Part shown: positions 48,939 to 58,361 of the stretch, one piece after another
Numbering within the stretch: the stretch's first letter is position 1
How the letters are laid out: the number at the start of each line of letters is the position of its first letter
Assembly (NCBI GenBank): GCA_020025965.1
Contig: JAHHRG010000001.1
Coordinates: 6,911-70,910 of the forward strand
Length of the DNA stretch: 64,000 bases
DNA from: Sutterella sp.
GTDB lineage: Bacteria; Pseudomonadota; Gammaproteobacteria; Burkholderiales; Burkholderiaceae_F
Direction: 5' to 3'
Made by a program: the position numbers and the translations under genes
Notes under the pieces: generated by a model
The model's database searches: none
The model's input: only the letters and a program-made list of their open reading frames with translations
What the model was told of the DNA's origin: nothing

Positions 48939-49637
48939 TTAGCGTACCAATGCCAAATCCATTTTTGACTGCAGTCGACGAATCAGCAGCGAAAGTGATA
49001 AGGATACGGCAAGGTAGCAGAGAGCAGCAAAAGAGTACATCAAAACGAGCTGTCCGTCACGTTGCGCGATCTTGGCGACGGCTCCGATGAAATCGTTGCC
49101 GCTGATGACATATACAAGACTGGTGTCCTGAAAAAGAATGATGGTCTGAGTCAGAAGCACCGGAAGCATGTTACGGACGGCCTGTGGAAGGACGACGTAG
49201 CTCATTGTCTGAGTGTAGGATAAACCAAGTCCGTATGCGGCAAAAATTTGTCCCTTTTTCACGGACTGGATGCCTGCACGCATGATTTCCGCAAAATATG
49301 CGGCTTCAAAAAGCGAAAAAGTAATGATCGCAGTCATGTCGGCACCGATTGGAACTGGATATTCGAGTGCAAATAGAATCCGCAGTACTTCCGGCATCAG
49401 AAGGAAAAACCAAAAGAGCACCAATACGAGTGGAACGGAACGCATCAGATTGATATAGAACTTCGCGGGTCTAGAAATCCACGTCTTCGTCGAGAGATGT
49501 GCGAGAGCGAGGAGCGTCCCTAAAAAGAGGCCGACAACGGTCGTAATCAGTGTAAGTTTCAGAGTATAAGCTGCACCGTTAAGGATGAAATCCCAGCTAT
49601 TTGTAATCGAAGAAATATCGAACATCATGGTAATCAT
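48939..49637 (-). CDS. gltK: Amino-acid ABC transporter permease (His/Glu/Gln/Arg/opine family)
   Basis: It is a multi-TM protein with the EAA-like loop FEAAYFAEIMRAGIQSV. Confidence 0.8.
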   Translation of the reverse strand: MITMMFDISSITNSWDFILNGAAYTLKLTLITTVVGLFLGTLLALAHLSTKTWISRPAKFYINLMRSVPLVLVLFWFFLLMPEVLRILFALEYPVPIGADMTAIITFSLFEAAYFAEIMRAGIQSVKKGQIFAAYGLGLSYTQTMSYVVLPQAVRNMLPVLLTQTIILFQDTSLVYVISGNDFIGAVAKIAQRDGQLVLMYSFAALCYLAVSLSLSLLIRRLQSKMDLALVR

Positions 49638-49639
49638 TC

Positions 49640-50374
49640 CTATTTGCTCGTAATGAAACCGGGGATAGCACTGCGAGTTTCAACCCAGTGCATCAGTCGA
49701 TTGACAGCAATGGCGATGACGATATAAAGAACCGTTGCCCAGAGATATGCTGCAAAAAATTCGAAAGTGTTTTCGCCCATTTCATTGGCGCGCATAGTGA
49801 GTTCTGGCAGTCCGATCGTGAGTGCGACGGCCGTGTTTTTAACGAGATTCATCGATTCGCTTGTCAAGGGAGGCAAGATCAGGCGAAAAGCCATCGGGAG
49901 GATCACATAGCGATACTGTTCAAACGTTGTGAAGCCGAGAGCTTTGGCTGCATTTGGTAGTCCCGCAGGAATTGACGAAATTCCGGCACGCACCTGTTCG
50001 GCAATACGCGAGGAGGTAAAAAGCCCCAAGCAGAGAAAGGCCGACAAAAATTGGCTCTCAATGGGATCGGCGGCCGTCATCCAAGCCTTGTAAGCGGGGA
50101 TCAGTTCCGGAAGAACAAAGTACCAAAGAAAGATCTGGACAATGAGTGGAATATTACGAAAGAGTTCGATCCATGCTTCGCAGAAGAACCTCATACAGCG
50201 GTTCGGTGAAGTTCTGAGCGTGCCGATAACGATGCCGATCAAAAGGGCGAGTGCAAATGAAGAGAGCGCGAGTACGATCGTCCAACCCGCCCCTTCGAGA
50301 AGGTAAAACCACCAAGGATCATCGCTTAGGATCGAAGTGTCCAATAGGGCTTCTAGAGTCATATTGAGAGCCAT
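49640..50374 (-). CDS. gltJ: Amino-acid ABC transporter permease
   Basis: It is a multi-TM protein with the loop SSRIAEQVRAGISSIP and KALGF. Confidence 0.8.
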   Translation of the reverse strand: MALNMTLEALLDTSILSDDPWWFYLLEGAGWTIVLALSSFALALLIGIVIGTLRTSPNRCMRFFCEAWIELFRNIPLIVQIFLWYFVLPELIPAYKAWMTAADPIESQFLSAFLCLGLFTSSRIAEQVRAGISSIPAGLPNAAKALGFTTFEQYRYVILPMAFRLILPPLTSESMNLVKNTAVALTIGLPELTMRANEMGENTFEFFAAYLWATVLYIVIAIAVNRLMHWVETRSAIPGFITSK

Positions 50375-50466
50375 GACGATATCTCATAACGGGAAAAAGA
50401 ATAAAAAAGGGTCGGGCAGTTGCGAAAAACGCTCGCGCTCGACCTCTTGAATTAGTTGATTAAGAC

Positions 50467-51363
50467 TCAGATACCTTCGCTATTTGGGTTGTCAAAGAGC
50501 GCTCGAGTAACTTTGTTCATCGGAAAATTGAGATTGATGTTCTTAGGCGGAATCGGCGACAGGAACCAGGTTTCGTAGAGTTCCGACATGCGTCCCGTAC
50601 GGATCATGTCTCGGATCGTTCTGTCAACAAGCGTCTTGAAGGTCGGATCGTTCTTGGCGAACATCGGGGCATAGGGCTCACTAGAAAGCGATTCGTTGAT
50701 GATTTTGAAGTCGTCGGGATTGGGCAGATTGGCAATCTGACCGGCGAGAAGTACGTCATCAATCACAAAGGCATCGGCTCGCTTGTTAGCAACAAGTTGC
50801 ATGGCTTCGGCAAAGTCTTTAGTCATGAGAAGACGCATGCGGATGCCAGCTACTTTTTCGAGCTTTTTTAAAAGTGAAATCGACGTAGTACCAGACGTAA
50901 CGGCTACGTTTTTGCCGTTGAGATCCGTGAGCTTGTCAATGCCGCTTGTTTTCCAGACTGCGGCTGTTACCTGAATGCCGAAATAATTGATGCCGAAAGC
51001 AGCCTGCTTCTGACGGAGTTTTGAATTTGTTGTTGAACCGCATTCGATGTCAACTGTACCGTTCTGAATGAGTGGAATACGGTTGGCGCTCGTTACAGCC
51101 TGCAGATTGACCTTCAGGTCGGGTCGGTTCAGCTCTTTTTTCACCGCTTCCCCCACTGCTTTGCAGACCTCAAAGGCATAACCGACGGGTTTCCCTTCGG
51201 CATCAAGATAAGAGAACGGAACTGAGGACTCGCGATAGCCGAGTGTGATGCTACCTTTATCGTTAATACGTTTGAGCGTCCCTGTGAGTTCGGCAGCCGA
51301 AACGGACGAGGAAACAATAAGACCGGCAACAAAAAGACCGGAGAGAAGGCGTGTAATGGACAT
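50467..51363 (-). CDS. gltI: Periplasmic amino-acid-binding protein (GltI-like)
   Basis: It has the signal peptide MSITRLLSGLFVAGLIVSSSVSAAE, and ITLGYRESSVPFSY matches the GltI/AatJ pattern. ATG 51363 with a GAGGAG RBS is preferred to the long track ORF. Confidence 0.85.
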   Translation of the reverse strand: MSITRLLSGLFVAGLIVSSSVSAAELTGTLKRINDKGSITLGYRESSVPFSYLDAEGKPVGYAFEVCKAVGEAVKKELNRPDLKVNLQAVTSANRIPLIQNGTVDIECGSTTNSKLRQKQAAFGINYFGIQVTAAVWKTSGIDKLTDLNGKNVAVTSGTTSISLLKKLEKVAGIRMRLLMTKDFAEAMQLVANKRADAFVIDDVLLAGQIANLPNPDDFKIINESLSSEPYAPMFAKNDPTFKTLVDRTIRDMIRTGRMSELYETWFLSPIPPKNINLNFPMNKVTRALFDNPNSEGI

Positions 51364-51490
51364 GTGAAACTCCTCTGCTCTGATAGGGCTGTTGGTGAGT
51401 GAATGTGCGGCCAATAAAAGGTTGGTTAAGGATGGACGTTGGGCGGGAAGTTTATTTCTCGCTCGATTCGTCGGACTTACTTTTATTGTT

Positions 51491-51506
51491 AGCAAAGCTC
51501 GTGCCA
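51491..51506 (-). promoter_or_regulatory. Sigma-54 (-24/-12) promoter upstream of gltI
   Basis: The minus strand reads TGGCACGAGCTTTGCT, matching the consensus TGGCACG-N4-TTGCW at every specified position. It lies about 130 nt upstream of the gltI ATG and in the correct orientation. Confidence 0.7.
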
Positions 51507-51569
51507 AAACTTCATCGAGAAGTGAAAAATAAGAAGAAGCCTTCTGCGAGAATAAAAAGCGCCGAAAAA

Positions 51570-51615
51570 AGAAAAAACGCCTGAGGAAAATCGGCGCGTG
51601 GCCTCCTCAGGCGTT
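51570..51615 (-). terminator. Rho-independent terminator of the enoyl-CoA hydratase gene
   Basis: On the minus strand, AACGCCTGAGG-(18 nt)-CCTCAGGCGTT is followed by TTTTTCTTTTTT. Confidence 0.75.
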
Positions 51616-51665
51616 GAATAAAACTAGTGCACGGAGCACCGTTTAGGTGCGCACTAAAGAAGTGC

Positions 51666-52433
51666 TTAACCTTCTTCAGGCTTCTTGAAAACGGGCTTGC
51701 GGCCGGTCAGGAAGGCATCAAGCGCTTCGTGCGCTTCACCGCTTTCAGCCTGATGGTCATAGATGCTACGTTCTGCAACGGCAAAACCCTGCAAACGAAG
51801 TTCGCGGGCATGTTGCAGAAGGGTCTTCGTCGCCTGAACGGCTCCTGGCGGGAGAACGGCGAGGCGAGCTACTTTGGCAGCAACGGCATTTGAGAGCGTG
51901 TCGTCATCAAAGACAGCGGTAAGAAGGTGCATGTCGAAAGCTTCTTGTGCCGTAATGGGTTCGGAGAGCAGAAGCTTTTCAGCCGTACGAACGTGACCGG
52001 CCGCGGCACACATCATCGGTACAGTGCCGAAACGCGGTGTGCGAGCGAGAGCGACTGCTGGGATTGAGAAGAGCGCTTTTTCGGAAGCGTAGACCATATC
52101 GCAGTAAAGCAACATGGCGAAGGCGGCACCGACGGCCGGGCCGTTCACGCGAGCGACGATGGGTTTGGGGAAGTTCTGCAATTCTTCAAAGAAAGCGCCA
52201 GCGGCACGATCAACCTCTTCAGGATTTTTCGAAACCTGTTCAAGATCGGCACCCGCAGAGAAAATGTGTTCGTCACCTTCGAGCAAGACGACGCGAACGT
52301 CTGTATCGCGAGCGGCGGCAGCCAGTGCGTCGGTGAGCATGTCGAACATTTCGGAGTTTATCGAATTGCGTTTCTGCGGGCGGCTGATGGTCAGTCGGAG
52401 AATGCCGAATTCGGTATTAGCCAAGATAGCCAT
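51666..52433 (-). CDS. Enoyl-CoA hydratase/isomerase (crotonase) family protein
   Basis: RPQKRNSINSEMFDML, the oxyanion-hole motif FSAGADL and VNGPAVGAAF are present. The protein is 255 aa. Confidence 0.85.
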   Translation of the reverse strand: MAILANTEFGILRLTISRPQKRNSINSEMFDMLTDALAAAARDTDVRVVLLEGDEHIFSAGADLEQVSKNPEEVDRAAGAFFEELQNFPKPIVARVNGPAVGAAFAMLLYCDMVYASEKALFSIPAVALARTPRFGTVPMMCAAAGHVRTAEKLLLSEPITAQEAFDMHLLTAVFDDDTLSNAVAAKVARLAVLPPGAVQATKTLLQHARELRLQGFAVAERSIYDHQAESGEAHEALDAFLTGRKPVFKKPEEG

Positions 52434-52481
52434 GAAAATGCCTTAAAAAAGAAAAAAAGGGACGTTTGTGGATTATAAGGA

Positions 52482-55160
52482 CTAGGCGTCCGCGAGATGT
52501 TTCACCCAAAAAGAAGCGTCCTGACGTACGTAGCCAAGGTGGGCCAACATACCGTGCATGGTCTCGTTATTGGGTAATACATAGGCCATGAGTTTAGTTT
52601 GGCCGAGCGCGAGAGCAGAGTGTTCGATCTTCTTCATTAACTGGCTGGCTAGGCCCTTACCTTGCCAGTCGTCTTCGACGGCGATACCGAACTCGGCTTC
52701 ACCAGCTATTTCGGTTGTATGCCAGCGAGCTGCACCGCGCACGGCACCTTCGGCGTCAACCAAAATCCAGGCCGCTTCTCGACTGTAGTCGATTTTGCAA
52801 AGTTCAACGATGCGTTCCGTCGGCAACTGAGTACTCGTCTGAAACCGGAAGTAGAGAGACTCCCCGGAAAGGCGGGAGAGGAACGCGCTGTATCGTTGAT
52901 AGTCTTCTTCTTCAAGCGAACGAAGAACGAGTATTCCGGCGCGAGTGGCGACCTTTTCGGCTGCATTTCGCGGTGCCGGACGGATCGTCATGTGGCTGTA
53001 TGTGGAATCGGGTTCGAGCGGCTTGTCGGAAAGGCGCACGGATGCGTCGAGTGTAACAAAGCCTTCCTGCGTCCAAATGAGCGGATCGAGTGTGAGCGTC
53101 TGAATAGCGGGAATTGAAGTCGCAATTTCGGAGAGCGTACAGGCTATACGGGCGAGCTCGTCGGTGTTGACGGGCGGGAGGCCTCGGAAGTCGCTGAAGG
53201 TGCGTGAGATCAGGGGTTCTTGCAGGAGTTTGAGTGCTTCCTGCATTTTGAGAGGGGGTAACGCCACGCTTTGATCGCGATAGAGTCCCGCACCGAGACC
53301 GCCAGCACCAAATTCGATGACGGGCCCAAGAACATTGTCGACCGTGATGGAAAGACGTAGTTCTCGAAGGGCGTGATGAGGCACCATCTTTTGAATGATC
53401 ACACCGGTAATTGGAGTGGGCGGTACCATCGAGCGAATCGAGGAGTCAACCGCATGCCAAGCGCGTTCAATATCTTTCTCGGATCTAAGATCAAGATGCA
53501 CACCGTTTATTTCGGACTGATGACTGCGACCGGGAGCTTGTACTTTTAGGGCTATGGGCCAGCCAAGATTTGCGGCATGCGTCTGCGCCTCGTGAAGCGA
53601 ACTAGCCATTAGAAAGGGTGCTGTTGCAATGCCGAACTGTTCAAGTAAAAGAGAAGTTTCAGCTAATGTCAGAATATAACGATCATTCTGACGGGCGTAA
53701 TGGAGAATGCTACGGGCACTCTTCAGTTTTTTTTCACTTGGGGAAGGTGACCATTCACCAGGTTCGTGATGCATGTCTGATAGCAGACGTGTGCGTTTGG
53801 CCAGATAACCGAAAGCACGGGCAGCTACCACGGGAGATTGCACGGCCGAAATAGGCGCATTTGGCAGTAACAGTAACTGGCGTCGAACATTCCGTGTGAC
53901 GCGGTCGCCGATCCAGGCCGTAATGACGGGTTTGAACGAAGTGGCGGCTGTATTGACTAAGGCACGAAGTGTTGGCTGAATCGTCTGAACGGGGCCGGGA
54001 GCAACCACAACAACGACGCCGTCGACCATGGAATCCTGCAGGACGAGTTGCAGAGTCTTTTCGTAACGTTGAGTCGGAGCGGTTGTGCCGACGTTAATCG
54101 GGTTGATGGCAATCTGAGCCGAGGGGTAGGCTTTTTGAAGGGCACTTATTGTTTCGTTTGAGAGACCATGTAAGTCAACATTTCTGTCGTTGGCAGCGGC
54201 GGCCGTTAGAGCAGCGAAGCCCGAACCATTGGTGATGACGGCTAAGCGATTTCCTCGAGGTAATCGGTTCGTTGAGAACGCGGCAACGGCGGCGGCAAAT
54301 TCTTCAAAGGAGTCGATCAGAACGGCACCAGCGCGGCGAGCCATGGCGACAAAGGCATCATGACGACCAGCATCGCAGCCGAGCTTGAAACTCGCTAGAC
54401 GGTCGGCTGCGAAGTAAGGGTCGCTCCCAGCTTTGAGAATGACGACATGCTTTTTTCGTGCGGCATTGCTGATGGCGGAATAAAAAGCACGTGGATTGCG
54501 AAGTCCCTCGAGATGAATAGCGATAACACGTGTATCTGGATCATTAGCGTAATGGTCAATGAGTTCTGGAAGGTCTACGTCGACAGCCGCTCCCGTGTTG
54601 ATGAGCCCCGAGAAACCCAGTTCGGTTTCTTGTGCATAGTCGATCAAAGCCCCAGCGATCATTCCCGATTGAGTGATAAAGGCGATATTGCCTGAGCGTG
54701 CCAGCGTCGGCCAGTAGCTTACGTTGATTTTGGCTTTCGGGTTCATGAAGCCGAGAGAATCGGGACCGATAAGGCGAATCTGAGCATCAGCAGCAATCTT
54801 TTGTAAGCGAGCAAGCCACAACGGGTCGCTTGAATACTGCTGTTCGTCAGGGGTGATTAGAACGGCTCGAACACCGATATCGCAGACATCTTGCAACGCT
54901 TGTTCGATTCGATCCGCTCTCAGGGAGATGACGGCAAGGTCAATCGTGCCGGGGATATCTTTTATGTTTGGCAGACAAGGACGTTCACCAATGTACTTGT
55001 ACTTCGGGTTGATGGGCCATGCATTCGAGAGGAGCGCAGATCCGGCGACAGCTTTCCAAATGAACGAACCTCGACTGAGCGGATGGTCGCTGGCGCCAAT
55101 TACGGCAATACTCTGTGGGTTGAGCGCACAGTCTAATGAAGAACGATAAGGTGACTGCAT
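52482..55160 (-). CDS. Protein lysine acetyltransferase Pat/PatZ-type (ADP-forming acyl-CoA synthetase-like domains plus C-terminal GNAT)
   Basis: It has an N-terminal CoA-binding domain (NPQSIAVIGAS), succinyl-CoA-ligase-like and ATP-grasp regions, and a C-terminal GNAT (GIAVEDDWQGKGLASQLMKK). At 892 aa it is similar in size to E. coli PatZ/YfiQ. Confidence 0.8.
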   Translation of the reverse strand: MQSPYRSSLDCALNPQSIAVIGASDHPLSRGSFIWKAVAGSALLSNAWPINPKYKYIGERPCLPNIKDIPGTIDLAVISLRADRIEQALQDVCDIGVRAVLITPDEQQYSSDPLWLARLQKIAADAQIRLIGPDSLGFMNPKAKINVSYWPTLARSGNIAFITQSGMIAGALIDYAQETELGFSGLINTGAAVDVDLPELIDHYANDPDTRVIAIHLEGLRNPRAFYSAISNAARKKHVVILKAGSDPYFAADRLASFKLGCDAGRHDAFVAMARRAGAVLIDSFEEFAAAVAAFSTNRLPRGNRLAVITNGSGFAALTAAAANDRNVDLHGLSNETISALQKAYPSAQIAINPINVGTTAPTQRYEKTLQLVLQDSMVDGVVVVVAPGPVQTIQPTLRALVNTAATSFKPVITAWIGDRVTRNVRRQLLLLPNAPISAVQSPVVAARAFGYLAKRTRLLSDMHHEPGEWSPSPSEKKLKSARSILHYARQNDRYILTLAETSLLLEQFGIATAPFLMASSLHEAQTHAANLGWPIALKVQAPGRSHQSEINGVHLDLRSEKDIERAWHAVDSSIRSMVPPTPITGVIIQKMVPHHALRELRLSITVDNVLGPVIEFGAGGLGAGLYRDQSVALPPLKMQEALKLLQEPLISRTFSDFRGLPPVNTDELARIACTLSEIATSIPAIQTLTLDPLIWTQEGFVTLDASVRLSDKPLEPDSTYSHMTIRPAPRNAAEKVATRAGILVLRSLEEEDYQRYSAFLSRLSGESLYFRFQTSTQLPTERIVELCKIDYSREAAWILVDAEGAVRGAARWHTTEIAGEAEFGIAVEDDWQGKGLASQLMKKIEHSALALGQTKLMAYVLPNNETMHGMLAHLGYVRQDASFWVKHLADA

Positions 55161-55400
55161 ATTACTTTGAGCGTGAGACGAAATGTCTTTTTGAGCATTA
55201 TTGACCGCTAAACAAGCGGAAACGTCAACAAATAAGTAAACTCATATTATGGGGTGCGATTCTAAGCATAACCGCGTACCGAACCGACGTCCACATGAAT
55301 AGGCCTTACTTGCGAGATGAATGAGGGTAATCGTGAGGATGAAGAGAGGTGTTTTTTCCATCTCCGCTCTTCAGTAAAAGAGCAGTACGAAGGAGGCAAC

Positions 55401-56489
55401 ATGAAAGTCTACGGTGAACCGACAAGAAGTATTCGCTCGATTGACGGTGGCATGGCCGTCGAAATTCTTGATCAGACATCATTGCCGTTCCGTTTCGAAA
55501 AAGTTGTTTTGACGGATTGGCGTGATTGTGTTGAAGCCATTCGTGAAATGCGAGTGCGCGGTACAACGCTCACGGGTATTGCTGGCGCGTGGGCTATGGT
55601 GCTTGCTACTCTCGAAAATCCCTCCAATGAAGCCCTCAAGACAGCCACCGAAGTGATTGTGGCGGCTCGTCCAACTTCAGCCTCGCTCGCCTGTGCCGTG
55701 CATCGCATGTATTCGACGCTTGTGCCGCGTGAGTCAGCTAAGCGCTTCGCCGCCGCCGTCAAGCTTGCGGAAGAAATGACGCAGGAAGATGTTCTCACCA
55801 ACCGTGCCATCGGCGATGCTGGCAAGTCTTTGATTGCTGATCTTTATGCGCAGATTCGTCGTCCCGTTAACATCCTGACGGTCGGTAACAGTGGTTGGCT
55901 CTCGACGGTCGACTACGGTACGGCTCTTTCACCGGTTTACATGGCTTTCGAACAGGGAACTCCGCTCCATGTTTGGACGACAGAAACCCGTCCCTGCAAC
56001 CAGGGGCTGCTCTCTGCTTGGGAAATGCGTCAGGTGGGCGTGCCTCATGCGCTCGTAGTCGACGGTGCCGTCGGTCAGCTCATGCAACAGGGGGACGTGG
56101 ACCTTGTGATCGTCGGCGCTTCGCATATGACGCGTCGTGGCGATTTTGCGAGCGAAATCGGGACCTATCTCACAGCCTTGGCTGCGAACGACAACGAAGT
56201 GCCATTTTATGTTGCTGCCCCTTCTTCAGTGATTGATTGGCATATGACGGACGGTAAGCGAGAAATCGCAATTGAAAACCGCTCGGCTTCCGAAGTGCTA
56301 GGTGTCAAGGGCCTTGATCGTAGTGGAAATCCGCTCACAGTCGAATTGGCACCTATTGAAGAAGCGGCAGCCAATCCTGCATTTGATGTCACGCACAACC
56401 GCTTTGTCACAGGTATCATCACCGAGCGCGGTGTGATTGCGCCCGTCGATTTAGCAACGGTTTTTGCTGATAAGCAACCTAAAAACTAG
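55401..56489 (+). CDS. mtnA: S-methyl-5-thioribose-1-phosphate isomerase (eIF-2B alpha/beta/delta-like)
   Basis: VEILDQTSLPF, MRVRGTTLTGIAG, TETRPCNQG and VGASHMTRRGDFASEIGTY are present. ATG 55401 follows an AGGAGG RBS. Confidence 0.85.
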   Translation: MKVYGEPTRSIRSIDGGMAVEILDQTSLPFRFEKVVLTDWRDCVEAIREMRVRGTTLTGIAGAWAMVLATLENPSNEALKTATEVIVAARPTSASLACAVHRMYSTLVPRESAKRFAAAVKLAEEMTQEDVLTNRAIGDAGKSLIADLYAQIRRPVNILTVGNSGWLSTVDYGTALSPVYMAFEQGTPLHVWTTETRPCNQGLLSAWEMRQVGVPHALVVDGAVGQLMQQGDVDLVIVGASHMTRRGDFASEIGTYLTALAANDNEVPFYVAAPSSVIDWHMTDGKREIAIENRSASEVLGVKGLDRSGNPLTVELAPIEEAAANPAFDVTHNRFVTGIITERGVIAPVDLATVFADKQPKN

Positions 56490-56498
56490 GAAGAATAG

Positions 56499-56756
56499 AT
56501 GGAGATAGAAGCGCCTAAAACATGGAATCGAGTGGACGGCTCGGTTGTCTCTTGTACGGAGAGTGTCAAGGTTCTCAACGAAAATTGGAAAGAAGCTACA
56601 GTTCTCCTTCAGGAAATGTATGAAGATGCTGTCTTGCTCGGTTGTGGAAAAGAGGCGATCAAGGCCGAATTTCACCGATTGATTGAGCAACTCGAGTGCG
56701 ACTATGTTGAAAAAACACAACCCGAGGAGTCGAAAGGCAAAAACGGAGGGCGATGA
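56499..56756 (+). CDS. Hypothetical small acidic protein (85 aa)
   Basis: The ORF starts 9 nt after the mtnA stop and overlaps the next ORF by 4 nt (ATGA). I recognise no family, and coding status is inferred from the coupling only. Confidence 0.4.
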   Translation: MEIEAPKTWNRVDGSVVSCTESVKVLNENWKEATVLLQEMYEDAVLLGCGKEAIKAEFHRLIEQLECDYVEKTQPEESKGKNGGR

Positions 56757-57265
56757 TGTCCTTATTAAGTAAAACGCAGGCAATCCTTATGTCATCGGTC
56801 GCAGTGCTGATGTTGACTGCTTGCGCACATCCCGAGCTGATGGATCCGGGGATGACTGAGGTAGCTGTTGAAGACGCGCTCGGAACTCCGGATGTAAAAG
56901 TACCCCTACCCGATGGTTGGCGTTGGGTCTATTCCTTTCAGGGCAACGGTCAGGAGGTCTGGTGGGTTGTTTTCGATCGTAACGGTCGAGTAGTGAGGCA
57001 CGAAGAGGTGCTTAACCGTGCTCATTTTTCCCAGATTAAACCAGGCATTCACAAAAAGGCCGATGTTTGGGCACTCTTCGGAAAGCCGGCTCAGAAGTCG
57101 TTTTTCAGGTTAAAGAACCGCTCGGCTTGGATGTATCGCTTCAAAGAAGATAAACACTTCAATATGGCTTGTTGGTACGAATTTCTACCTGACGGAACCG
57201 TTGCCGAAGTGGGTTATACAATCGATCCTTGGGAAAGCGACAGAGACCCATTCTGGAACCGTTGA
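56753..57265 (+). CDS. Putative lipoprotein with two SmpA/OmlA (BamE)-like repeats
   Basis: It has the lipobox LMLTAC. Two segments resemble the BamE fold pattern: VEDALGTPDVKV...WRWVYSF and ADVWALFGKPAQKS...SAWMYRF. Confidence 0.55.
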   Translation: MMSLLSKTQAILMSSVAVLMLTACAHPELMDPGMTEVAVEDALGTPDVKVPLPDGWRWVYSFQGNGQEVWWVVFDRNGRVVRHEEVLNRAHFSQIKPGIHKKADVWALFGKPAQKSFFRLKNRSAWMYRFKEDKHFNMACWYEFLPDGTVAEVGYTIDPWESDRDPFWNR

Positions 57266-57304
57266 TAGCCAAGTTTATCTAATCTCTATTCGAGCAGGTG
57301 ACTA

Positions 57305-58339
57305 ATGAGGGATGAGACATTTCGAGCCCGTATCGAACGTATAAAACGGACCACCGCTGGTCAATGGTTACGCATTTTGGTCGATGCCGGTATTCCACCC
57401 GAACTATTGGGAAAGCCTAACCGTCCCTGCCCACTTTGCGGAGGTCGAGATCGTTTTACTTTCTTTAAAAAAGAAGAGGGCGGCGGATGGTATTGTCGCG
57501 GTTGCGGACACGGTGACGGTATTGCACTTTTGCAAGGATGGCGTCACGAGGGTTTTGTGCAGACGCTCAACTATCTCGAGCGTGCTTTGGGTCTTCCGCC
57601 GATTCTCGTTGATAAGAAGGAAAAGCCTCGCACACAATTCGTTGCTGATATAGAGGTAGAACGCCGAAAGAAACTCGAACTCTTCTGGAGTGAAGCTAAA
57701 CCATTAAGCGATCTCTCTAAAGAGAACCCTGTTCAGAAATATCTCATGAGCAGGAAACTCATCCGAGGTCACGAAACGCTCTCGAGTGAATTGCGTAGTC
57801 ATCCTTTGCTTGACTATTGGGAGACGCAAGTTGGCGATACCATTCAACACGAGCGCTGGCCTGCAATGGTGGCGCGTGTTACAGACGAGAAAGGGCGATT
57901 GGTGAGTCTGCATCGCACCTATCTCACGCAGGATGGGCGAAAAGCACCTGTGTCGGCGCAGAAGAAACTTGCCGCCAGTGCTGGTGAAAATGGCCTTATC
58001 CGACTTTTTCCCGTCGGCAAGGTGCTAGGTATCGCTGAGGGTATTGAAACGGCGGTCGCCGCTAAGCTTCTTTTTGACTTACCTGTCTGGAGCGCAATTT
58101 GCGCTAATGGATTTGGCAAAATCAGCAGATTGCCGGAGGGCGTAGAAAAGCTTGTGATTTTCGGCGATAACGACCGAAGTTTCACGGGGCAGTTGGCCGC
58201 TTGGGAGCTTGCGTATCGCATGCGCCGGAACTATCCGGACATGGCGATCGAAGTGAAGATTCCCGATACGGAAGGTGAAGATTGGCACGACGTCTGGTGT
58301 AAGAGTCTGGAGGAGAAGAACTCCTTCAATCAAGCCTAA
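57305..58339 (+). CDS. Primase-type zinc-ribbon plus Toprim domain protein (P4-alpha/TraC-primase-like N-terminal module, no helicase domain)
   Basis: CPLCGGRDRFTFFKKEEGGGWYCRGCGHGDGIALL matches the primase-helicase Zn-binding motif. The Toprim acidic residues lie in LGIAEGIETAVA and VIFGDNDRS. Confidence 0.75.
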   Translation: MRDETFRARIERIKRTTAGQWLRILVDAGIPPELLGKPNRPCPLCGGRDRFTFFKKEEGGGWYCRGCGHGDGIALLQGWRHEGFVQTLNYLERALGLPPILVDKKEKPRTQFVADIEVERRKKLELFWSEAKPLSDLSKENPVQKYLMSRKLIRGHETLSSELRSHPLLDYWETQVGDTIQHERWPAMVARVTDEKGRLVSLHRTYLTQDGRKAPVSAQKKLAASAGENGLIRLFPVGKVLGIAEGIETAVAAKLLFDLPVWSAICANGFGKISRLPEGVEKLVIFGDNDRSFTGQLAAWELAYRMRRNYPDMAIEVKIPDTEGEDWHDVWCKSLEEKNSFNQA

Positions 58340-58361
58340 GACGGACGAATAGATATTGATA

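Noticed and set aside
51399-51584. 61-aa Lys-rich plus-strand ORF
   Set aside because: It lies in the gltI leader and promoter region, antisense to the sigma-54 promoter, and runs into the neighbouring terminator. Its composition reflects the A-rich DNA.
55161-55400. Possible riboswitch or attenuator before mtnA (imperfect hairpin GAAGAGAGGTG...ATCTCCGCTCTTC)
   Set aside because: The stem has two mismatches and no following T-run, and I recognise no riboswitch core. It may be an ordinary leader structure.
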